Positions 55,320 to 64,000 of a DNA stretch of 64,000 nucleotides are shown one piece after another (the stretch's first letter is position 1; every line of letters begins with the position of its first letter). Below the pieces are notes generated by a model that made no database searches, was not told where the DNA came from, and saw nothing but the letters and a program-made list of their open reading frames with translations. Made by a program: the position numbers and the translations under genes. This DNA comes from Balanoglossus misakiensis (taxonomy: Eukaryota > Animalia > Hemichordata), in assembly GCA_040954595.2 (NCBI GenBank), contig CM082580.2:8596390-8660389 (forward strand), written 5' to 3'.

Positions 55320-56581
55320 AAGACCTCAGCTGATTGGTTGTTGCTCGGAAACGCGTCATATGAATATTCGTGAATCTGAGTGATAGACACTTCAGAAGCA
55401 AGGACAGTTTAAAAGCATTTTTTAGTGAAAAGTGATAAAGCTGTGTCTTTTGGGGGGGAATTAGTGAAAACAAAGTACACATTGCTCTGTTTTGCTGCAA
55501 AGTAAGCAACAGTGACGTGCAGGAGTACCAAAGAAGCAAATCAACCTGATTCTGTGTCTGTCTACCGTCCTGTTTGCAGAGACACGATGACTTTTTAAAA
55601 GCCAGAAACACAGACTGCCAAATAATCATGACAAGAAATAAATTTAAACTGAGAACCAGTGGAAGGGAAAATTATGTTGATTCGAGATTTATATGCAGTA
55701 TGTTTTATTTTTCTACGCTTTTAAGTTTCCATGTGTAATGTAAAAGTGAGAAAAACTTCAAAACTCACTGTAAGTTATGTGAAGCATGGCTGTTTGCCTT
55801 TTATGTATTGACACATTGAGAGACCATGGATTTTTAGTTTTAACAGTAACTTGTACTGAAACTGTTAAATTTTGGGTTTGACCAAACCACATTCTCTGGT
55901 ATACAGAAAAGAATGGGGAAACATCAAGAATGATTGTGAAATTATGCTGTGTAACAAATTTGGTCTTCATATATTATGAGACTGGAGATCACACTGTCCT
56001 TATGAGATTCAATCAACGATTTAAAAAATTTTGTCATGGTTATGATACAGTGTATTTATGATAATGGTGGTATTTTGTTGCCATTTTTTTTCTTTGAATA
56101 AAAACATGGTGTGATAAGTAGTATCTGTGCATTTGTTGAATTTTTTTGTCCTAAACAAGAGTTTTTGTCTTGGTGTTGGCTTTTCAAGGCACGTGAGTGC
56201 AATATGTATCTTTGATCATTCATAGAGACAGAATTCACATAGCTGACAGACATAAATGAGAAAGTAACTGGAAGTATTCATTGGTAGATGGTATACATTT
56301 GATCTTACTGGAAAGCTGCAATTGTTACACCAGTGTTTTTTTTAATTTTAACTGTATCGTTGTCTGTGATAAAAATACCCACAATTGTTGGACATAAATG
56401 GCAGCCAAAGTCCAATACTCTGGCAAGATTTCAAAATGTTGACAGCCATTTGATACCAGTGCAAATAATAACACTCAATCTCAATACGTGACACAGGTTG
56501 TCAAAAAAGCTGTCAACCTAAGTGGTTTTTAAGAAACTGTCAAGCACACACCAAACCTTCTGTCAGTGTCAAAAAAATATC

Positions 56582-56609
56582 GTCATGTGATCCAATTGAC
56601 CGTTGACCC
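56582..56609 (+). promoter_or_regulatory. M-box (GTCATGTGA) plus DR1 (TGACCG-T-TGACCC) upstream of MRH receptor copy 1
   Basis: Motif match about 95-110 bp upstream of the ATG; equivalent motifs occur in the paralogues. Confidence 0.45.
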
Positions 56610-56691
56610 AATTTTATGAGCCCCGCCGGCTTTATAGAAAGTCTGATTGTAAAGTGTGAAACCAAAAAGGAGTTGCCAACTCCTATCTATC

Positions 56692-59049
56692 ATGTCGGCA
56701 CTACTGTTCCTGATGAGTGCAGTGTGGTTTCTATTGGTTGCCAGGGAAACCGCAGCAGAGTGCAGGAAGATATCCTCCTGTTCTTGCCAGATGGATGATG
56801 GGAAGACAATTGATTTGTCACCTCTGGCTGGTCAGGGTAAACCCAAGTAAGTGTCTATCATCACAAAAACTGCATTCCAAGCTATTACTGGCTCCATCAC
56901 ATGACCGGGTAATGACACTTTAGATAAGAAATTATATAGCTCAGCTTTATATGTACTATAAAACTAGCTGGTGTATTAAGAACGAGAATACCACCATTTC
57001 CATTTGAATTACTGTTGCATTTTCAATACTGTAATCCAAGCACACTCAGATAAGTCTATTTCAAGTTTCTTCTACCTATCTTAAAGTTCTTGTGACAGAT
57101 TAACAGATAAACAGATTTTCATTTTTCATGGCACATTTTAAGATACATGTATATAATACTGTCATTCAACACTAGCTATCCCGGTAGACGTTTGAATGAA
57201 AATGCTAGAAAATAATGCTAAGTAAATTATTAAATTCTATAATAAAGTGAAAGCTGACAGAGTATGATAATGAAAATCCTGAGGAAAATGTACATTTTCC
57301 GGTTGGTGTAGTTGTTGCAAATTAGCCTTTCCCCAAACAGTTCGGACTTTCACCCCCCACCCATTCGTCTTTTGATCAACCTTTAACTGCCATGGCTTAT
57401 AACTACACAGGTTCTATGACATTCTGGATGGCAACTACTTCTACAGTTATAATCCATGTAGTGATTTTTCTGATATCAGTCAAGACTGTCTCAATGTTGC
57501 AGTAAGTAAACCTTACTTGGATATGTGAAATTATGAAATGTTCAGTTTCATCTCACTTTAAGTTTTATTAAATGACCAAATACACATGCATACATGTAGT
57601 TATTATAATAAAATTATGTATTATTATTATTAAATCAGGTCTATTATTTAATCACGTCTGCCTTTCATACTGATATTGAGAGGGCATGCAATTAAATACT
57701 TGTCTTTCAAAGATTATAAAATGAAAATAACTTTTCACTATATGCAGTCACTCAAATAATTATAATGCATTTTTTGCATTGTCTATGCTAGGCTTGCCAA
57801 AAAAGTCTAGATGGAACATTTTTGTACAATCTTGGTGATCAGGCATCAGCCAAGTTTGTGACCACTGGTGATGTTGTGACACTCGAGTACACCGGAATAG
57901 GAACATTACATCAAGGCACAAGGTGAAAATCAATGTTTTATCACCAAGTCATTTTGGATTGAGAGGCTGCTTGCAAGATTCCCTCAACTGTATGTTGAAT
58001 TTCCTGACTTTTGAAATGAAAGAGTCGTATTCCTTAATTCAGAGATACTCACTCTTGTCAAAAATAACAGAAGTTCTGTGTTTGAGTTTACCACAGTTAC
58101 ACCACACTATTAAAGAGAACTTTCATCCTATGCAAAGTGAGAATATGGAATGTAATTGTTACACTAATAGTGTTTAAAAAAGATTACAATTTTTTCAGGA
58201 CAAGCATTGTCACCTTAAAGTGTACCCCTGCAGGTAGTGGTGACATATTGGAAGTTGAAGGAGAGTTGATCACACAGTAATATGTAAGTGTTAAAAAGTA
58301 AAAAAATGCTGTAGAATTTGTCATACTAGCTACAGTGTGTTGTGCGTATATAATTTATTTGGTTTGTTTATCTTTTGGTCTTATTCTGGTTGATTCTGCC
58401 CAGGACTTCACACTGTCTTCCCCTCACTGCTGTCCGCAAGATTCTGGACAAGGGGGGTCTGGGGGAGGAGGACTTAGCATTGGTTCTATTCTCTGCATTG
58501 TGTGAGTATATAGCCTTTTCTATAATTCTCACATAATAAAATTACAATTTTTTTTAAAAAACAAGGTTTCCCTTTAATGACCCCTGCTTGGTTTCACAAA
58601 GGTTTCATAGTGAAAATAAACAGATTGGCTAACATTTCCCGCTGTGAGATTTAGTTTCTGCTGAATGCCGTTCAAACTTGATATTGTTTTGCTGTCAGTG
58701 CCTTCTCAGTGGCTGTGGTGTACTTAGTCGGTGGAGTGCTGATTCTGAAGTTTGTGAAACATGAAGAAGGCACTGATTTGATTCCAAACAAAGGATTCTG
58801 GACTGGACTGCCTGGCCTTATCAAGGTGTGTGCATTGTCTGTAATGGTACTGTACAAAAAATACATTTTACAACATAAAACTAGAAGTGAAAGTAAAACT
58901 TTAAAGGTATCGTGTTGTACAGGTATTGTTTTGTATTGTATTGTATTGTTTTGTATTGTATTGTATTGTTTTGTAATGTATTGATTGTATTGCAGGATGG
59001 TGTGTTGTATGCTGTGTCACCATGCAGAAAATCTTATACTCCAGTGTAA
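56692..59049 (+). pseudogene. CD-MPR/ATG27-like single-MRH-domain receptor, copy 1, with in-frame stop (pseudogene, null allele or sequence error)
   Basis: Approximate exons 56692-56846, 57411-57500, 57792-57922, 58199-58283, 58404-58501, 58699-58825, 58996-59049. Signal peptide, CSC..IDL, YSYNPC, ACQ, LGDQ, SPHCC, TM, LIPNKGFW..LP, tail YTPV*. In-frame TAA at 58278-58280. Confidence 0.7.
58923..58991. repeat. (TATTG)n pentanucleotide repeat
   Basis: Direct inspection; last intron of MRH receptor copy 1. Confidence 0.9.
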
Positions 59050-59690
59050 AAGAGCTCAATGAAAGATAAACCTCAGAATATTCACAACAAGATTTTCCAC
59101 TGCATGGATTTGAAACCTGGCTACTTGTCTGGAAAAGCCCAGGGAAAAGGAAATTAAACTCCTGGAAAGTCATGGAAAATTGATTATTAAAAACAAGTAC
59201 TGTACATGCTTTCACTCCCAGACAAAATTATGGCATTAATTTTAATATGAAAAAATATATATATCACCCACACCCTAATTCACAACAATGAATTTGTGCA
59301 AACAGGAACATTATAATATAGTGAGTACATAAATAGATCTCACAGTCTATTGTTCCAAACACAGCACAATGATTGCCATTGTAAATCCTTGAAAACAATC
59401 TGCTGAGATTTTCTGCTTTATAATAAAAGGAAGTGGGTTATTCATGTCCAAATGTCAAAGATTATGACAACATAGTATTTGCTTGGAATGATTTATTAAA
59501 TATGCCTATTGTGTACTCTTGGCCTTTTGTGAAAATTGATCAAACAAATAAGTGACAAACAGTGAACCCCGAGTCAGACAGCCATGCAATGAGGTGTATG
59601 TTTGGCAGTCCATATGTACACAGTTAGGTAATGATGCAGGTATAGTCTGGTCAACTTCTTAATTGTTACATGACTATCAATGATCTCACC

Positions 59691-59817
59691 TCACATGACT
59701 GTTATGTAACAGTCGGCTACCTGTTGCTTACTTCCACCTGTGACCTTTAACCCTCTCTAACGCCAACCGAGTCATGCATCTCTGACTCAGAAACCACCCC
59801 CTTCGATCATTATAAAG
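59691..59817 (+). promoter_or_regulatory. M-box (TCACATGAC), DR1-like TGACCT-T-TAACCC and TATA (TATAAAG) upstream of MRH receptor copy 2
   Basis: Motif matches at 59691-99, 59741-53 and 59811-17. Confidence 0.45.
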
Positions 59818-59839
59818 TGCAGCCCTCTTTCCCCGAATT

Positions 59840-62405
59840 ATGGAGGTGGCTGCCACCATTCTGCACTTAACACTGCTGCTTTTGGCAATGTTGGTGGCAC
59901 AGATTGATGGAGCCTGCAAAAAAATCAATTCTTGTTCGTGTCGGCTTGACAACGGTATGGTGATAGATTTAAAAGAAGTCGGGAAGACCGACGGTACACC
60001 CAGGTGAGTGACATATGGCCACAGTTCATTGTCTCAGACAAAAGAAAACATCTTACACATAAAAAAAGGTCTATTTTATGTATCAGGCCTAGCTAGCTGC
60101 ATGCATGCTGATACTGCAATGCAGTTATACTGTCTACCGCTTAATTGCCAACTACATTGACTAAAACATAAACTATGGAACGCCAGGAGGAAGAAATTGT
60201 AAGAATTAACATGATATCAATTTGTCCTTCAACTTCACAACTGGGTGATTTCCTTTCTGTCAGCAAGTATTAATATTACGTACTATTTAGTGGTTCTGCA
60301 GTGAGACTGCCACAAATGTATACATATGTATCTCTATAAATGTCTATTATTAATACTGGTATATTGATGCACATTTCATCTCTGTAACCAACACTGCAGG
60401 TTTAAAGATTTGTTGAGTACATCAGATTACTACTACTACAGTTATAACCCATGTGCTGATTTCACTCAGGGAGGAGATTGTACAAATGTTGCTGTGAGTA
60501 TCACCATTTGTCAATGATGTACGTCTCACACATTCATAACTAAAACATTTTCTGGAAATAATTATATGACATAAGTCTGAATTGAACCTGACACAAGGAC
60601 AGTTTGCTACAAAAGATACATTTTCAATTCATGGTTTGATGTGACCAGTTTAAATTTTTCCTCACTGCAGACTTCTTCAAACATGACTTTTTCCAGTACA
60701 TTGTATTTTTATACTTTTTTATCCAGTGGGTACTGGAGGGAATATACTAGTATGTCAAAACAATTGCTCCTTCATCCAGTATGGGTATAATATGCCTCAG
60801 ATTTGCCAAAAATATTGCCTGAATTTTTTGAGCAAATATTTCCTTTCTGTCTTATATATTCTATTTCTCAATAGGCATGTCAGAAATCCTCCCCGGGGAC
60901 CGTGACCTTGGGCTATGACCTTGGTGACCAGGCATCGGCAGAATTCGTCACCGAGGGCAGTAATCTGTATTTACAGTATACTGGAAGCGGCACAACAGAT
61001 CCAACAAAGAGGTTGGTGCAAATTCCGTGTTGATCATCTTTTGTGAAAAAAAATTATTTGCATCATCTTAGTTCTAGCAACCCAATTTGATATTTACCTC
61101 CTTTTAAGTTTTTCCCTATTTGTTAAAAATTCCACTGACTTATTTTTTTGACAATATATATCTATTTTCTCACGGTCACTCCACAGGACAAGTAAAGTCA
61201 AGCTTGTCTGCACAACGACTGGGACCCTTGATGCCCTGATTGCGTATGGGGAAACTTCACAGGGTTCAGTGACATACGTGAGTTGCAGTTGCCCTCTATG
61301 GCTAACAATACACAAGCACTTTGTTTTTACTTTTTAAAATACCTTGGATGAAACACTTTCACATGACAACATTTCTTATGTAATACATGTAGTTTGCATC
61401 CAAACGACACAAGAAAGTCACTGATAAATGTTTCTTTTAGACCCTGCAGCCAGCCTCAGAAATGAACATTAAATTTTGTATTTGCACTCTGGCCAAACCA
61501 ATAGCTGCATGATTACATAGACATATAGCAGCTTTCCAAGAAGTTTCTTTGAGCCTCAATGCACTTCCATATTAAACACATCCAGGCATTTGATCTGTTG
61601 TCCCCCCACTGTTGCGGCAAAGAAGACCCAGGGGGTGGTGGCAGTGGTGGTCTCAGCGCTGGCTCTATTCTCTGTATAATGTAAGTATGTAAATCACCAT
61701 TCTGACAGTCCATATAGCATGAAAGTTTCACTGAAAATCATAGTATGCAGGCCTTTCTTTATGTTGATTTCAAACCACAATTCATAAAAACACGTACAGT
61801 TCAATATATTTCTTTAGTTCTTTGTTTGGAAACTGAGGAACTGCTTCTGTTATTTTCCTGTGTGCATCCCTTTTCATATTTCAGTGCATTAGTCCTTGTC
61901 ATAGTCTACCTTGTTGGGGGTATTCTGTTCATGAAGTTTGTGAAACATGAGACTGGCACTGACCTCATACCTAACAAAGGATTCTGGGCATCCTTACCAG
62001 GTTACATCAAGGTACGTTGCAGCTGGGCATTTCTCTAGAACTGGAATAAATTTCAACTGGATGATCAGGACAATTTTTAAAAAGACTCTAACCACAAAGT
62101 TGTTGATAAAGTTTTCACTTGTAAATACAGCAAATATTCCTCCCTGATACTTTCTTTACATTCACCATTTCAACGTTTAATATATTTCTGATGTAAACTT
62201 AACTACAGTGTATTTAATTGTTTGTGTGCAAGTGTGCTTCTGAATGAGAATGAATGTACACACACTTGCAGATTTGGAGCACACACACATCAACACATCC
62301 AGGTTTCCCGATGTATTTTTTTTCCTATTTTATTTGCAGGATGGTTTTCTGTTTGCAATCAGTCCATGCAGAAAAGGAGGAAATGATGCTTACAATGAAA
62401 TTTAA
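59840..62405 (+). CDS. CD-MPR/ATG27-like single-MRH-domain type I membrane receptor, copy 2 (intact)
   Basis: Approximate exons 59840-60003, 60401-60493, 60875-61011, 61187-61277, 61586-61680, 61885-62011, 62340-62405. Same 7-exon layout as copy 1. MRH-type Q/R/E/Y residues present (ACQ, RTSKV, YGE, VTY). Tail AYNEI* is a YxxPhi motif. Confidence 0.88.
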
Positions 62406-62980
62406 ACTTCAAACAGAACAAATAAGAACTTGTATGATACAACTAAAACAATTTTGTCGGAGGAATTGTTGTTTACATGTAACCAAGACTCGTGATTCAT
62501 AATCAGTTGTGGAGTACACCATGATTATTGTCCCTGATTTTGATATTGGTCCATTTTAAGAAATTTACCAAAGAAACCAACTCTGATTTTTGCAATTCAA
62601 GATTTTAAAAAATCCAAGACATGTATAAACTTTACTTAAAAGTTTTATTAAAGTTGAATAAATATTGTAAATACCATTTGCTATTGAAGCCTAGTGAATA
62701 ATTGTTGAATAAGTGAAATTATTTCTCTGGATTTTCTAATTTCAATTTTTACAAAACTATAACTCAAATGCCTGTCAATATTGAAAAAAATAGTATCCAA
62801 ATATAAGATTGTGTTTGTAATTATCAGTTTCAATTCTGCATGATATTAATAGCATGGACTTTTCCTGTTGTGTACAGTCACATACTGATCCATGTTCCTT
62901 TATTAAGCAGAGTTAATGATTCACCGTGAAAGTAAAATGTGACATCAAAAGCTTGATTACGATCTCCTGGCCAAACAAGA

Positions 62981-62993
62981 TGACCTGTGACCT
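62981..62993 (+). promoter_or_regulatory. Perfect DR1 TGACCT-G-TGACCT upstream of MRH receptor copy 3
   Basis: 108 bp upstream of the ATG at 63089. Confidence 0.45.
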
Positions 62994-63088
62994 TGTCACA
63001 CTCAGGGTGCTTGACTCTCGTTTTTGGAGGTGTATCAAGGGCCCCACCCCTTCTGACATGCTCAGTGGAACTTTTTGGACAAACAGCA

Positions 63089-63967
63089 ATGGCTATAAAG
63101 AAGCTGCTATGCTCTCTGCTGCTATTGTTTTTGCCAATGCAAGCTGCCGGAGACTGCAAGAAGATCGACTCTTGTTCGTGTCAGCTGGACAGCGGAGTTG
63201 TGATAGACTTGAAAGATGTCGGTCACAATGATGGCACACCGAGGTGGGTTATAAAGTCTCGATTCAGTATTGCAACATTCGTTTTTATATTCAGTCAACA
63301 TCACATGATTTTCACATGTTGTCAAAGTCACATAGCTGCTTGTAGGTTTTAACCTCTGTCGAAGTCTGAAGAATTTTTCAACATTAAAAAAATAATGAGA
63401 AAAAGACCATTGTGCTAATTTAGCAATATCTTTTTGAATTAACTTTGTCAATTATACAATATTTGGCCATAGTAATTTCAATATTTGTTGTACAACACAT
63501 TTTCATTACCCTCCACAGGTTTCTAGATCAGAAAGACCCTAACAGTGATTACTATTACAGTTATAATCCTTGCTATGATTTCTCAGAGAGTGGAGATTGT
63601 GTCAATGTTGCTGTAAGTATGAGTTCAAAATCCGTTAATCATAAAAAATATTTCCATGGCCTTAAATTCCTACTTGCTGGCCTCAAATGAAAAATTGATT
63701 ATGGGTTTTTGTCTTCTTGACATATATGCATGCACATGCTTCAAGATTTCCTGACAGTCCAATAAGATTTATTTATCTGATGAACATCTACGGTCGGCAG
63801 AATTTCAAATTAGAATTTTTTCTCGCACAGTCATGTCAGAAAACAAGCCCAGATGTTGGTGCAACATACTATGACCTTGGTGATCAAACTTCAGCAGAGT
63901 TTATCATGGAAGGCAATGACATCATACTTCAGTACACTGGACAGGGAATTGTGGATCCCACACTTCG
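63089..63967 (+). CDS. CD-MPR/ATG27-like receptor, copy 3 (5' part only; runs off the window)
   Basis: Exons 63089-63243 (MAIKKLLCSLLLLFLP...CKKIDSCSCQLDSGVVIDL), about 63520-63613 (YSYNPC) and 63831-63967 (SCQK...YDLGDQ). Confidence 0.85.
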
Positions 63968-64000
63968 GTAGGTTAAAGCACAGAAATCTCGTTTCTATAG

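Noticed and set aside
56616-56650. SECIS-like ATGA...AAA...TGAT pattern that might explain recoding
   Set aside because: No proper stem, it lies 5' of the gene, and the internal stop in copy 1 is TAA rather than TGA.

Overview
Eukaryotic, intron-rich animal DNA with GT-AG introns. Gene content and CpG pattern suggest a marine invertebrate, possibly a deuterostome (inference). I assembled nine protein-coding gene models by hand from splice sites and reading phase: an ADAM11/22/23-like membrane protein (-, 2111-14720); two tail-to-tail SDR9C/BDH1-like dehydrogenases (19274-24773); an SLC5/SGLT-type sodium:solute symporter (-, 25301-31825); RBM33 (-, 39123-45401) head-to-head with MED24 (+, 46037-55319); and three tandem single-MRH-domain CD-MPR/ATG27-like receptor genes (+, from 56692, the third cut by the window end). 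The most unusual observation is the ADAM. It is an intact 17-exon, ~572-aa ORF with a dead zinc site, and the rest of the metalloprotease domain plus the disintegrin, Cys-rich and EGF domains are replaced by one Ser/Thr-rich exon. It keeps the ADAM22-like TM and a PDZ-binding tail. Other highlights: a minisatellite made of nine copies of a MED24 exon/5' splice junction, a Trp at the SGLT Q457 sugar-binding position, an in-frame stop in MRH receptor copy 1, a DR1 element at the same position in all three receptor promoters, and a CpG-rich to CpG-poor transition near 32 kb. No prokaryotic features, CRISPR arrays, tRNAs or rRNAs were seen. Family calls rest on remembered motifs, not database searches.
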